Shown here piece by piece: positions 26,395 to 36,777 of a stretch of DNA of 64,000 bases; the stretch's first letter is position 1, and each line of letters begins with the position of its first letter. This DNA comes from a virus. Its lineage: Duplodnaviria > Caudoviricetes. The notes beneath the pieces are model-generated. The model searched no databases and was not told where the DNA came from. It saw nothing but the letters and a program-made list of their open reading frames with translations. Location of the stretch: IMG/VR virus record IMGVR_UViG_3300045391_006539. The stretch is one strand, 5' to 3'. The position numbers and the translations under genes are program-made.

Positions 26395-26684
26395 CAGTTG
26401 ACCTTCTCTTTCTCTATCTCTGCTAGGGCAGTGAGTTCCACCTTCTGAAGTTCTGATAGCCTGGCGTTTCCTTCAATCTCATTTACGTCTCCTCCCTCGG
26501 ACCATGTACTTGTTCCTTCCATTGGCTTGCCATGTACCTTCTCGTACATGGTGCGCATGAAGTGCTTGGCTTCCTCCCTGTTCTTGAATCGAAGAACATC
26601 CTCTGGATGCTCTCGTAGTCGCTTCTTCACCTTCTCCACTTTCTTCCTGAAGCTTCTATCTATCCGCTTTGTGAGACTTCCCAT
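26394..26684 (-). CDS. basic hypothetical protein
   Basis: coupled to next gene; weaker promoter motif at 26726-26752. Confidence 0.55.
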   Translation of the reverse strand: MGSLTKRIDRSFRKKVEKVKKRLREHPEDVLRFKNREEAKHFMRTMYEKVHGKPMEGTSTWSEGGDVNEIEGNARLSELQKVELTALAEIEKEKVN

Positions 26685-26772
26685 TGCTGTTTACCTATCT
26701 CTGGGCGTGTGTTCCCATCGTGGTAGTTATCCCTGTAATCGCCCTCCTTTCGCGTCTGGGTAGAATGGGCCA

Positions 26773-29700
26773 ATGGCGCTCAGGGACCTGGAAGCATTCC
26801 TCCGACAACGTGCTGCTGTCTTCGACCCCAATCTGGACACCAATCCCGGTAGTCCCTTCGATACTTCCGTCATCCAGCCCCTGCTGCGGCGGATAGGCCC
26901 AGACCCGTTCAGCGTGGACATGACGACGTTCCTCGCCGAGCGGCTGCGTCAGGCCTATCCCGACATGGCGCTTGGGGATGGCGACGCCATCACGGACTTG
27001 CTGGTGAAGCCGGCGACGCTGCTCTGGGACCCCATCGTGCGCGAGGTGGCCCGCATCAAGCGCGGGCAGTCCTTCCGAGACCCCAACAGCCTCACCGAGG
27101 ACGATGCCGAGGCGCTCGCTGCGAACCTCTTCGCCGAGCGCGCCAAGGGGTCACTCGCTCGGGGCACGGCGCGGCTCTACTTCGCGCAGGCGCAGAACGT
27201 CTCGCTGTCTCCCGTCAACTTCGTCACCAGTCGCAGCGGCCTGCACTTCTTCCCCACGGAGACCCAGGGCATCCGCGTCGAGGAGATGCTGCAGAACGTC
27301 GACGACAACAACCTCTTCTACTTCGACGTCACCGTCGTCGCCGAGAATCCGGGCGCGGACTACAACATCGGTCCCGACGAGCTCGTCTCCATCGCCAACG
27401 TGGACTCGGCAGTCCAGGTCAAGAACATCCGCAAGTTCGACAGCGGCGACGATGCAGCGACGGCGGCCGAGTTCATCGACAAGACTCGCCAGGAACTCAC
27501 CGAGCGGAGCCTGGTCACCATTCGGGGCATCGCGGCCAAGGTGACGGCGAGCTTCCCCGAGGTCACGCGTCTCAATGTCGTCGGTTTCAACGACCCCGAG
27601 ATGCAGCGCGACGTGCTCACGGGCGGCGGCCTCGGCCCGGCGCTGGTCGCGGGTACGCAGGGCGCCACCATCAGCGACCTCGTGGGCTCGACCTTCACTC
27701 GGCGCTTCCAGGTGTCCGACACCGTGGACTTCACCGTCACCGTGGGTCCGACGGGGGTCGACCCCGAGGGTTTCGTGCTCGAGGTCTTCGGCGCTTTTGG
27801 TCCGAGCACGCCCGTGCGCGAGCTCGCCGTCACCCGGGTCGTCTCGAGCACCACGCTCGAGGTCGAGACCCAGGAGATGATTCATGGTCTGACCAACTTG
27901 CGTTGGAGCGTGCGCCGGCGTGTGTTGACGCTGAGCGGCATCCCGGGCGGCATCCTCTTTCCCGATGGCCCCCTCGGCACCGTGGACGTCGAGAGCGACC
28001 GGGTGCACATTGGTGGCTGCACCGACGTCTATGTGCGTGGGCAGAGCTTCGACGAGGCGAGCCTCGTCATCGACAATCTGACCGACGACGCCCCTGAGCT
28101 CTCGGGGCTGGCTGCCGAGTTCGACTCTGTGGACGACACGGCGGTGACGCTCGGCGAGCTGGTGCTCGGCACGGACTACGTCATTGGAGACGCGACCTAC
28201 GAGCTCTTGTCGCGCGCGGGGCGCGACGCACTCAGCCTGCAGGTGCTCGAGGGGCCCAACGCGGCGCTCTACCGCATCCTCTCGGTGGACCAGAGTGGGG
28301 CATCCCCCGTGCTCACGGTCACGCCGGTGGTGGGCACCCCGGGCGCGGCCGCGGCGCGCTGGCGGCTCTTCGACGCCATCGACGTGGCGCTCTATGACGT
28401 GAAAGAGACTCGGGTTTCCGGTGACGACCTCATCACCGCTCAGAACTCGAACGTGGTCTCGACGGCGAGCGGGGTCGACTTCGACGCGCTCGGGGTCGCT
28501 GGCGGCGACGTGGTGCGGGTGCTCGAGGGACCCGACGCCGGCGACTACCGGGTCACCGAGGCGCCGCTCGCGCCCGGCTTCACGCAGTTGCGGGTGGACG
28601 CCACCTTCAAGAGCTCCCAGAGCGCCCTGTCCTACACCGTGTTCCGGGCCAACGAGGCCGGTGACGTGGTGATGCCGCTCGTGCGCATCCGCTCGGTGGA
28701 GCTCCTCGACAGCTCGAGCCAGCCGCTCGGCACCCTCGTCCCCTACGCGCGCCCGGTGGACGTGCAGAGCCGCGCCTTCCAGAACTCGGCCCGGGGCATC
28801 AAGCACGACGTCACCGACGCCATCCTCGGCATCGTGAGCCAGGCAGCCACGACGTTTGCCGTGGGCGGCCTTCAGCTGCTCTTGCAGCATGTGGGCGGGA
28901 CCCTCACTGTCAACTTCTCGGTCGGCCCGAACCTCAGCCTGTCTACGGTCATCGCCGAAATCAACGCGGCGGCCGAAGTCATCAGCGAGGCCCAGGTGGC
29001 GCTGCAGGTGGGCTCAGACCGCTTCGGCATCCGCCCCTTCGGGCAGGGTGGGGTGGTAACGGCAACGGGCTCTGCGGCGGCGCTGGTGGCCCTGTTCGGC
29101 AACAACGACGTGCGCTCGACCCGGGACATCCGCAGCGCGACCATCGACCAATGGGCGAGCGCCGAGCCGGCCATCGACCTCGAGACCGGTCTCGACGTGG
29201 TGCAGCTGCTCGACGGCCACCAGGTCGGACCAGTCCCCGGCCCCTACGTGCTCGGCACGCCGCGCGCGCTGCGCGTCGAGGAGACCCGGGTCTTCTCACC
29301 GGAGGCGGGGGTGCACCTGCAGGTCGGCGCGCGCTCCATCGGCTCGGCCCGGGTCTTCTTCCTCGACCCCACCTCCTTCGAGGTGCGCTCGGGGGAGACC
29401 TTCTTCGAGCTCGAGACCGGGAGTGGCACCCTGCGCTTCACCCCCGACCCGACCCTTTCGAGTCAGCGCATCCCGGCGCCGCCGGGTGGCGACAAGCCCA
29501 TGGACGGCGAGAGCGCCGATGGCGGCTCGGTCTTCGAGAGCGTGAGCCAGGACTTCATCCTCTCTGCCATTCAGCCCGGCGACGAGCTCGTCATCGACTA
29601 CCACCCCATCGCGGGTGACCAGGCCCTCTCGGACCCCATGCCCAACGTGGCGGGGACGACGCTCATCTTCTCGGTCGATGGTAGTCCCGACAAGACCCTG

Positions 29701-30768
29701 ACCTTCTTGCGCGACGACGTGACGCTGGAGCCAGACGAGGTCACGCGCCAAGGCATCGTCGACCAAATCAACGCCGCTGCCGGCGTCGACATCGCGCAGA
29801 TTACGAGCAGCAACACCCTCGAGTTCGAGGCGGACGCAGCCATCGTCATTCGCGGCACGGGCACGGCCAATGCCGTCATCCTGGACGGACTCGACGGCAC
29901 GGCGCTCTCGTTCGTCGGCTTCGACCAGCGCAACACTGCGCCGCATGCGGGTACGTACGTCATCGCCAGCGTCGACCAAGACGAGCTCGGTATCGAAGGC
30001 AGCTTCTCCGTCACGGGTGGTCCCTACACGAGCCCCTACACCCGCCAGCAGTTCAAGGTCTACCGCACCGGCGTCCAGCGCATCAGCACGAGCGCCATGG
30101 CGAAGAACACGGCAGAGGCGGGTCTCTACTACTTCGACGTCGAGCTCGTGAGCGAAGGCACCGGGGACCAGTATAACATCGACGCCAGCGAGCAGCTCAC
30201 GGTGAGCGGCTATCGCTCGGACGGTTACTATCTCACGACCGAGGACGAGAACCTCACCTTCAGTGTGCTCGAACGCCCGCGCATGGTCATCAGCAAGACC
30301 GTCCTCGAAGATGGTGTGGATGACGACCCCGTCAATGCGAGGACCCTCACGGGTGAGAACATCCTCATCACCTACGACCGGAGCTCGCTGGTCGAGGACG
30401 TGCACAACTTCATCTCCAGCGAGACGGAGCGGGTGACGAACAACTCGCCGCTCGGTCGTCACCTCATTCCGCACTTCGTGCGCTTCGACTTGACCTACAC
30501 GGGCGGCTCGAAGGAGGACGTGGTCGTCCCGGACGTCGAGGACTACCTCATCAAGCTGGCGCCGGTGGAGGCCTTCGAATCGAGCGACATCCAGAAGATT
30601 GTGAGCGACCGGGGCGCCACTAGCATCGAGAATCCCATCGACCTCATCGCTTTGGTGCATGGCGTCGACCGCAGCATTCAGGTGGCTCGCTCCCAGAATC
30701 GATTGACGACGGGCAGGCTGGCTGCTTTCATCCCCGATGTGCTGAACATCAAGCGGAACATCACGTGA
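26773..30768 (+). CDS. baseplate J-like structural protein (1331 aa)
   Basis: N-terminal pattern A.G.ARLYF...VVAENPGADYNI...G.D......F...TRQEL; beta-rich virion composition. Confidence 0.7.
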   Translation: MALRDLEAFLRQRAAVFDPNLDTNPGSPFDTSVIQPLLRRIGPDPFSVDMTTFLAERLRQAYPDMALGDGDAITDLLVKPATLLWDPIVREVARIKRGQSFRDPNSLTEDDAEALAANLFAERAKGSLARGTARLYFAQAQNVSLSPVNFVTSRSGLHFFPTETQGIRVEEMLQNVDDNNLFYFDVTVVAENPGADYNIGPDELVSIANVDSAVQVKNIRKFDSGDDAATAAEFIDKTRQELTERSLVTIRGIAAKVTASFPEVTRLNVVGFNDPEMQRDVLTGGGLGPALVAGTQGATISDLVGSTFTRRFQVSDTVDFTVTVGPTGVDPEGFVLEVFGAFGPSTPVRELAVTRVVSSTTLEVETQEMIHGLTNLRWSVRRRVLTLSGIPGGILFPDGPLGTVDVESDRVHIGGCTDVYVRGQSFDEASLVIDNLTDDAPELSGLAAEFDSVDDTAVTLGELVLGTDYVIGDATYELLSRAGRDALSLQVLEGPNAALYRILSVDQSGASPVLTVTPVVGTPGAAAARWRLFDAIDVALYDVKETRVSGDDLITAQNSNVVSTASGVDFDALGVAGGDVVRVLEGPDAGDYRVTEAPLAPGFTQLRVDATFKSSQSALSYTVFRANEAGDVVMPLVRIRSVELLDSSSQPLGTLVPYARPVDVQSRAFQNSARGIKHDVTDAILGIVSQAATTFAVGGLQLLLQHVGGTLTVNFSVGPNLSLSTVIAEINAAAEVISEAQVALQVGSDRFGIRPFGQGGVVTATGSAAALVALFGNNDVRSTRDIRSATIDQWASAEPAIDLETGLDVVQLLDGHQVGPVPGPYVLGTPRALRVEETRVFSPEAGVHLQVGARSIGSARVFFLDPTSFEVRSGETFFELETGSGTLRFTPDPTLSSQRIPAPPGGDKPMDGESADGGSVFESVSQDFILSAIQPGDELVIDYHPIAGDQALSDPMPNVAGTTLIFSVDGSPDKTLTFLRDDVTLEPDEVTRQGIVDQINAAAGVDIAQITSSNTLEFEADAAIVIRGTGTANAVILDGLDGTALSFVGFDQRNTAPHAGTYVIASVDQDELGIEGSFSVTGGPYTSPYTRQQFKVYRTGVQRISTSAMAKNTAEAGLYYFDVELVSEGTGDQYNIDASEQLTVSGYRSDGYYLTTEDENLTFSVLERPRMVISKTVLEDGVDDDPVNARTLTGENILITYDRSSLVEDVHNFISSETERVTNNSPLGRHLIPHFVRFDLTYTGGSKEDVVVPDVEDYLIKLAPVEAFESSDIQKIVSDRGATSIENPIDLIALVHGVDRSIQVARSQNRLTTGRLAAFIPDVLNIKRNIT

Positions 30769-31127
30769 GTTATCGTAAAATCATCTGTGTCGACTTCGAT
30801 GGTGTTCTACACAGCTACAAGAGCGGCTGGAAGGGAGTCGACGTCGTCGCAGACCCACCGGTCGAGGGCGCGCTCGCCTGGCTGAGCCAGCTCTGCAACG
30901 ACCCCGACCTGCAGGTGATGGTCTACTCCTCGCGCTCGAAGGCAGCGAGTGGCATCTACGCCATGCAGCGCTGGCTCGAGAAGTATGGCTTTGACTCCAC
31001 CCGTGTGGAGTTCCCGACGGAGAAGCCAGTGGCCTTCCTCACCATCGACGACCGGGCTTGGCTCTTCACCGGGACGTTTCCAGCTCTCGAGGAGATTCAC
31101 TCCTTCAAGAGTTGGGTGAGTCGCTGA
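30765..31127 (+). CDS. HAD-superfamily phosphatase
   Basis: CVDFDGVLH; YSSR; KP...TIDDRA. Confidence 0.8.
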   Translation: MSYRKIICVDFDGVLHSYKSGWKGVDVVADPPVEGALAWLSQLCNDPDLQVMVYSSRSKAASGIYAMQRWLEKYGFDSTRVEFPTEKPVAFLTIDDRAWLFTGTFPALEEIHSFKSWVSR

Positions 31128-31374
31128 AGCGGCGCATCTTGTCCACGGTGGTCTTTTCGTCCTCGGGCTCGATGCGCATGGCCACGCGCAGGAACTCGTT
31201 CCAGTCGGTCGAGTCGACGCGCAGCGTTCCTTCATAACTGCCGTACTTCACGGTCAGTGTCGTTCGAGTCTCGGCATCGGGTCGGAAGAGGACGGTCTCT
31301 CCATCCTTCCTGATGCTTTGAAAACCACGACTCACTTCGACTTTGACGATGGCGAGATTGAGGATGTCGTCCAT
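31105..31374 (-). CDS. hypothetical protein
   Basis: AAGGA RBS. Confidence 0.5.
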   Translation of the reverse strand: MDDILNLAIVKVEVSRGFQSIRKDGETVLFRPDAETRTTLTVKYGSYEGTLRVDSTDWNEFLRVAMRIEPEDEKTTVDKMRRFSDSPNS

Positions 31375-31580
31375 GGCTGTCCTTTCGGTAGTTGGTGGTC
31401 ATCTTTACACATGACCTTGATTTAGTTGGCTAGTGAGAACCGCGGGGTTGCCCCCGCTCCCTTCCTAGCTTTCGCTGCGCTATCGCCCTACCCAAGTTCT
31501 CTCAACATGGTTATCCCCTAAAGTTATGGGAATTTGCAGCTAAAAGTAGAGGGGTGGTGATACTCCCCCTCTACTCATGT

Positions 31581-31805
31581 TCATGCTGCTTCTGCGTAAT
31601 CGTAGTCGTTTGCTGCCTGGCGTCGACCACCACGTCTATCACGGCTTGAGTATTCTTCCTCACGCGCTTGTGACTTCTTATCTTTGCCCGTGACCCAATC
31701 CCAAGCAGCGTCCGCGGCTGCTTTTATGAGAATGTCCCAGGCAGCCTTTGCAACTTTCTTGGCTACCGACCCGAGAAAGCCCCAAGCTGCTTTTGCCCAA
31801 CTCAT
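31581..31805 (-). CDS. small amphipathic protein with own promoter and terminator
   Basis: promoter motif at 31840-31866; GAGGAG; hairpin+TTTTAGC at 31538-31577. Confidence 0.55.
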   Translation of the reverse strand: MSWAKAAWGFLGSVAKKVAKAAWDILIKAAADAAWDWVTGKDKKSQAREEEYSSRDRRGGRRQAANDYDYAEAA

Positions 31806-31856
31806 CTTTCTTTTCTCCTCGTTTGTTTCCCTCAGGAGAGTTATCCCGGCGGAGCT

Positions 31857-32192
31857 TCAGTAATTGCCGACCATCTTCCTTCCGGGTTGGATGATGGGGC
31901 TCGACTCGACCTGCATCTTCCCAGCATTGCCGCTCTCCAGCACCATGCGGGTATGAGGTTCGACGAGGTAGCCACAGTTGCCACAACGCAAGAGACTGCG
32001 TGGGACCAACCGGTTTGGGTCTGCGAACGTGTGCCGCGGGTCTATCTCGCGGTGGAGTGGGCCGCACCCTCGCGGACAGCTGAAGGAACGATGGAATTCG
32101 TCGAGCGCCTGTGCCTCGGGACCGAGGACATCATCGTACCCCTCAATCGCCGCTAGTGCGACCGCCGGGTCCAGTTCTTTGAAGGCCGCCAT
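31857..32192 (-). CDS. Zn-ribbon protein
   Basis: CPRGCG...CGNCG; ATG 32192 divergent from 32223. Confidence 0.55.
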   Translation of the reverse strand: MAAFKELDPAVALAAIEGYDDVLGPEAQALDEFHRSFSCPRGCGPLHREIDPRHTFADPNRLVPRSLLRCGNCGYLVEPHTRMVLESGNAGKMQVESSPIIQPGRKMVGNY

Positions 32193-32222
32193 GGCCTGAA
32201 GTGTAGAATCCGAAGTCGTCCA

Positions 32223-35200
32223 ATGGCAGATGATTTCGACCTCTTTTGCTTCGAGCATTGCGATTCGATGCTCGACATCCTCGGAGACGGGCAAGTCTCG
32301 ACGACGGATGCGGGTGGACAGCTGGTACCAGACTACCCCGACCCGCCGGCGACGTCTTGTGACCTCGGGGTCTTGTCGGGAGAGGCGGGGAACGGGAGCT
32401 TCCCCGACGACACGGCCGTCGTCTCCATCGAGCCCGAGGACGGTGTCCCCAATCAGTTCACGACCGAGTGGATAGTCACCTTCGAGAGTCTGCCCGAGAA
32501 CTTTGCAGACCTCGATGGTCATCACGTCTACTTCGGCACGAGTGATGCCTCGGGACCCTGCGTGGGTCTGTTCTTCTCCGAGATAGGCATTGCCTACACG
32601 GGCAGTGTTCACGTCAATGCGGGCACGCTCGTCGTCGACTCACCCGATGACCCGACGGTCATTCCAGGGTCTGCCGACCGCATCGAGCTCGACACGCCCA
32701 CCCTGATTCGCTTGGCGGTCGATGGCGACGCTGGCGTCGCGTACCTCTACGTCACGACGGTCGCACAGGCCGAGCTCACGGGTCAGACGCTCGTCGCGGT
32801 CTTCCCTTGTGCCTACTTCGGGCAGATGGGTTTCCCGCCCATTGACCAATCGCTCGTCACCGTCAAAGGCACCGAGGACCAGCCGAGTCGCGTCGCCTTC
32901 GACAAGTGGTGTCTCGCGAGCGCGGTGCTCGTGCCCAACCTGCCGCCCATTGCCAGTGCCGGTACCGACCAAGCCGTGCGGCTCTGCTCCATCATCCAGC
33001 TCGATGGCACGGCGAGCTTCGACCCAGAAGGCGCGCCGCTCAGCTACTCCTGGCGGCTCATTGGAAGTCCCCCGTCGAGTGCGTTTACGGTCGTCGGCGA
33101 TGACGGCATCACCTACCCGCTCGTCTCGCCCACGGGCTTCACCGACCTCTTCCATTCCGACTCCCTCGGTGATGCACACGCGGTAGACCCTCTGCAGGCG
33201 GGCGACGTTTTGGTCGTGGCGGGGGTGGTCTATGACGTCGTGGCTACGGGCAGCGACGGCAATGGGTTTTACGTCCAGGTCGAGGACGAAATCATCCCCG
33301 ACGCGTTCTCCAGCGTATCCTTCCGAGTCTTCCGCATGCGGGGCTTGAGCGTCTCGACACCCGCCGACCCTGCCCAGCCGACGTTCTTGCCCGACGTACT
33401 CGGTTTTTATCGCTTCGAGCTCGTCGTCAGCGACGGTCTGCTCGATAGCCAACCCTCGGTCGTGGTCGTCAACGTCGTCGACTCACCCCTGCCTCGCGGC
33501 ATCATTCCCGACGCCAAGTTCGTCTTCGACTATCTGTCGGACTACTGGAACTTGCTCGAAGACCGGGAGCCCGTCGCGACGCTCTGGAGTGGCATGATGC
33601 AGGTCACGGCGAGTGAGCTGTATACGCTCTGGCAGCACGATTACGGAAAGAGCCTGCGCGACATCCAGCGCACGTTCGTCCGGCGCTGGTTGCACTACGA
33701 CCTCCTGCTTGCCGAGCCATTACCCGAGCTCACGACCATCAAGGCGGTCACGGGCGGCGTGCGCACGAACCGCTTCGACTCGAACGGCGCGAGTCTGAAC
33801 GGCAATTCGTTCACGCTCACGAGTCCCGAGCATGACGAGACGACCATCACCATCGCGGCGGCGGACCCAGTCACGCCCGAGGTGCTCGCTGCGGAGGTTC
33901 AGAACCGTCTGCTCGAGCTCGATGCTCGCTATACGACGGCTCTCGTCACACGCAAGGGTAGCCTTTCGAACACGGCGGCTTTGCGCATCAACGCCCCTTT
34001 CGCGTTTACCATCAGCGACGTGACCGGCTCGGTCTTCGTGGCGGGCTCGAATGGGACTTTGACGGGTACGGGCACGGCCATCGCGAGCCGAACCTATCAA
34101 ATTCAAAACGATGGCTTGAACGGGGTGGAGCTCGATGCGGGTGACTTCATCGTCATCGATGACGAGGTCTTTCGCATCCAGCAAGTCTTGCGCATCGGCA
34201 TCCCCGAAGACGTCGGGGACTACACGGACCAGAACATCATCGTCACGCGCGACTTGCCACTCGGTACTACGAGTTGGTCGCTGCCGAGCCAGGTGACGAG
34301 CGAGCTGCTCGACTTCTACGCGGGACTCGTCACGGACCATGACCGGGTCTACTTCGATGTCTCGGCCGAGGACGAGCCTCTCGAGGCGATGGTACTCGGC
34401 GCGTCTGAGGAGGACTCGAGTCGGCTCGGGTTCGGGCTCACTCCAGAGCTCCTGTCGGCCATTGCAGATTCCGAATCGAGCGTGCGACTCGCACGCGTCC
34501 TGCGTGCCCGCTACGCTCCCATCCACGCCGACGTCGTGGACATCCCGACGCTCGTCGAGCTCATCGAGATTCGGGATGACGAGGCGACGCTTCGGCGTAA
34601 CCTCGACTTCTTCATCGAGGACTTCCGGGGCCAGCATTGCCTACGCTTTGCCTATCGCCCATACACCGAGACTGCCATCGGCGAAGAGCTCATCATCGAG
34701 GAAGCCTTCGACCCTTGGGAGCTCGCAGCGCCGCCCCCGCGGCTCTGGGCCGAGTACACCTATTTCGACAACCGCTCGACCATCGAAGACAACTTCGGTC
34801 TACTCGCCGGCGTCAGCGTCGACCAGGTCGAGAGTCTGCCCGGCAACATCGATTACCTCTCGGCCGTGCGTGGGCTCTGGTACGCGTACGTCAACGGGCC
34901 CACCCTGCACAACTTGCGCGTCGGTGCGCAGATTCTCCTGGGTCTCCCCTTCGCCGAGGAGGCGGGGACCATCGAGGAGATTCGCACGGACTTCTCACCC
35001 AGTACGGGACGCATCCTCATTCGCGATGGTGAGCGGAACGAAATCGTCCGCTCCTACACCTTCCCTCGAACGCTGGCACTCGAGACCAACCCGGCGACGG
35101 GCGCTCTGTATGCCGAAGGTGACACAGTCCAGCAGTTCGCACCGCTGGTCAAAGGCGTGGAGGTCGTCGACTACGTCAGCGACCCGACGTGGTTCCAGGG

Positions 35201-36125
35201 TCTCGTCCAGCAGGGTCTGTTCTACGAGGTCGAGAAGTTCTTCAAGTTCTTGGTCCGGGTAGACGCCGCGGCGTTCGGTCTCGAGAGCATGGGGTTCGTC
35301 AGCGACTTCATGCTCAAAATCAAGCCGACGTACACCTATCCGCTATTCCTCGTGAGCCAGACCGTCGAGGACACGGAGATTTCCATCACCGACGAGCTCG
35401 ACGTCACTGCCCAGCTCGTCCTGCTCGATGTCCTGTGTGACCTCTCGCCGTTCTCGACCTCGCTCGACGATGCGAGGGCGGGAGGGGGTGGCTATTGGAA
35501 CCAGCTCGATACCGACAGCAACGACGCGACGCCACTGCCCACGTTCGACACGAGCGACACCGTCGAGTGGGCTCTCGACCGTTATGTCTTCTGTCCCATC
35601 GACTTCGTGACGAGCGGTGCGGCGCAGCTCTTCGCTGGTCCGGGCTCGGTTGCAGCGAGCAATGGACTCAACTTCGTCGACGGCGAGGACCTCTACGACC
35701 TCGCCCGCTTTCGCGAGAGTGGGCCCTTCTCCATCACCAACGGCGCGACGGGTGAGAGCATCACGGCCGAGGCGGGCGCGACCGTCCCCCTCGATGGCAC
35801 CATCGACTATCTGCGCATCCTCATCGCCGGCGGCCCGGGTGATGACCCGACGGGCTACGAGCTCGTGGTCGCGGTCGACGGGGTCGATGAAATCGTGCAG
35901 GCCTTCACGGCCACGGCCCTGCTCACTCAGGGTGTGTTCTCGGCTTCCGAGGCCGTGACGGCGGGGCAGGCCATCAGCGTGCGCATCCGACACGCCAGCG
36001 GCGTGGCGCGCACTCCCGACTGGACGCACGTGCGGGTGGAGGTCGGCGTCAATCTAGGTCCGTGGACTGACTCGGATATGCTGCCAGTCGGCAACTATTG
36101 GTTCACGCGGGAGCTCACACCTTGA
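32223..36125 (+). CDS. large baseplate/tail protein with PKD-like domain
   Basis: PPIASAGTDQ...LDGTASFDPEG..LSYSW...YRFELVVSDG; 1300 aa. Confidence 0.7.
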   Translation: MADDFDLFCFEHCDSMLDILGDGQVSTTDAGGQLVPDYPDPPATSCDLGVLSGEAGNGSFPDDTAVVSIEPEDGVPNQFTTEWIVTFESLPENFADLDGHHVYFGTSDASGPCVGLFFSEIGIAYTGSVHVNAGTLVVDSPDDPTVIPGSADRIELDTPTLIRLAVDGDAGVAYLYVTTVAQAELTGQTLVAVFPCAYFGQMGFPPIDQSLVTVKGTEDQPSRVAFDKWCLASAVLVPNLPPIASAGTDQAVRLCSIIQLDGTASFDPEGAPLSYSWRLIGSPPSSAFTVVGDDGITYPLVSPTGFTDLFHSDSLGDAHAVDPLQAGDVLVVAGVVYDVVATGSDGNGFYVQVEDEIIPDAFSSVSFRVFRMRGLSVSTPADPAQPTFLPDVLGFYRFELVVSDGLLDSQPSVVVVNVVDSPLPRGIIPDAKFVFDYLSDYWNLLEDREPVATLWSGMMQVTASELYTLWQHDYGKSLRDIQRTFVRRWLHYDLLLAEPLPELTTIKAVTGGVRTNRFDSNGASLNGNSFTLTSPEHDETTITIAAADPVTPEVLAAEVQNRLLELDARYTTALVTRKGSLSNTAALRINAPFAFTISDVTGSVFVAGSNGTLTGTGTAIASRTYQIQNDGLNGVELDAGDFIVIDDEVFRIQQVLRIGIPEDVGDYTDQNIIVTRDLPLGTTSWSLPSQVTSELLDFYAGLVTDHDRVYFDVSAEDEPLEAMVLGASEEDSSRLGFGLTPELLSAIADSESSVRLARVLRARYAPIHADVVDIPTLVELIEIRDDEATLRRNLDFFIEDFRGQHCLRFAYRPYTETAIGEELIIEEAFDPWELAAPPPRLWAEYTYFDNRSTIEDNFGLLAGVSVDQVESLPGNIDYLSAVRGLWYAYVNGPTLHNLRVGAQILLGLPFAEEAGTIEEIRTDFSPSTGRILIRDGERNEIVRSYTFPRTLALETNPATGALYAEGDTVQQFAPLVKGVEVVDYVSDPTWFQGLVQQGLFYEVEKFFKFLVRVDAAAFGLESMGFVSDFMLKIKPTYTYPLFLVSQTVEDTEISITDELDVTAQLVLLDVLCDLSPFSTSLDDARAGGGGYWNQLDTDSNDATPLPTFDTSDTVEWALDRYVFCPIDFVTSGAAQLFAGPGSVAASNGLNFVDGEDLYDLARFRESGPFSITNGATGESITAEAGATVPLDGTIDYLRILIAGGPGDDPTGYELVVAVDGVDEIVQAFTATALLTQGVFSASEAVTAGQAISVRIRHASGVARTPDWTHVRVEVGVNLGPWTDSDMLPVGNYWFTRELTP

Positions 36126-36769
36126 GGCGCAACAACGTCTTCATCACCGCGCGCCGGCGGGGCAAGCGCATCTACCAATTCGAGGGGCACAACGTCTGGA
36201 CCGACCCGGGCCGGGTCTACGTCGCGACGATGCTGGGGCTCAATTCCCTGGGACCCGACGTGCCGCTATTGCAGAACGTGCGGGTCTCGCGCATGGGCTT
36301 CGGCATCGGCGGCAATCTCCAGGGTACCATTCCGGGCGCGGCGGATACGGCTTATCCAGCGGGGGCTGACCCAAACACGACGAGCGGTAACGAGTACAAC
36401 CACCTCTACCCCGTCGAGCCACCCATCGGTACGCTCGAACGACCAGTGCGCTTCAGCGGCGGTACCAATCCCTACGGGACGGCTGCGCCCAGCGACGTGT
36501 GGCTCAGTCCCACCGACCACCCCGACTTCTTCGTCTACCAGCCGAGCACGAACGAGTACGCGCTCAAGGTCTTCATTCGAGGCATGGACGGCGCCATCAG
36601 TTACTCCACGCTCACCGAGGTGCCACTGTCCGAGGCGGGTCTCTTCCTCTCGAATGCCGATGAGAACGAGCCTTTCGAGCCGGCAGTGGCATACGTCAAC
36701 TTCGAACCGCTCACCATCACCGACGAGGTCGAGGCGGAAGTCACCTGGATTGTCGGTATCGGTTCCTGA
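36122..36769 (+). CDS. tail/baseplate-associated protein, paralog of 36778..37398
   Basis: TTG start coupled to previous stop; shares FITAR.RGK, EGHN.W.D.G, MG.GIGG, TLERPVR.SG, VPLSE. Confidence 0.6.
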   Translation: MRRNNVFITARRRGKRIYQFEGHNVWTDPGRVYVATMLGLNSLGPDVPLLQNVRVSRMGFGIGGNLQGTIPGAADTAYPAGADPNTTSGNEYNHLYPVEPPIGTLERPVRFSGGTNPYGTAAPSDVWLSPTDHPDFFVYQPSTNEYALKVFIRGMDGAISYSTLTEVPLSEAGLFLSNADENEPFEPAVAYVNFEPLTITDEVEAEVTWIVGIGS

Positions 36770-36777
36770 GGACTCCC

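Noticed and set aside
27151-30660. Long antisense ORFs (27151..28890, 29296..30660; also 50073..51662, 55352..56455)
   Set aside because: Shadow ORFs typical of high-GC coding strands, opposite well-supported genes.
31072-31090. Possible self-target of array spacer GGACGTTTC (likewise AATACATCT at 56705)
   Set aside because: Only one 9-mer matches and the partner spacer does not match adjacent sequence. Single 9-mer hits are expected by chance in 64 kb. No exhaustive search was possible.
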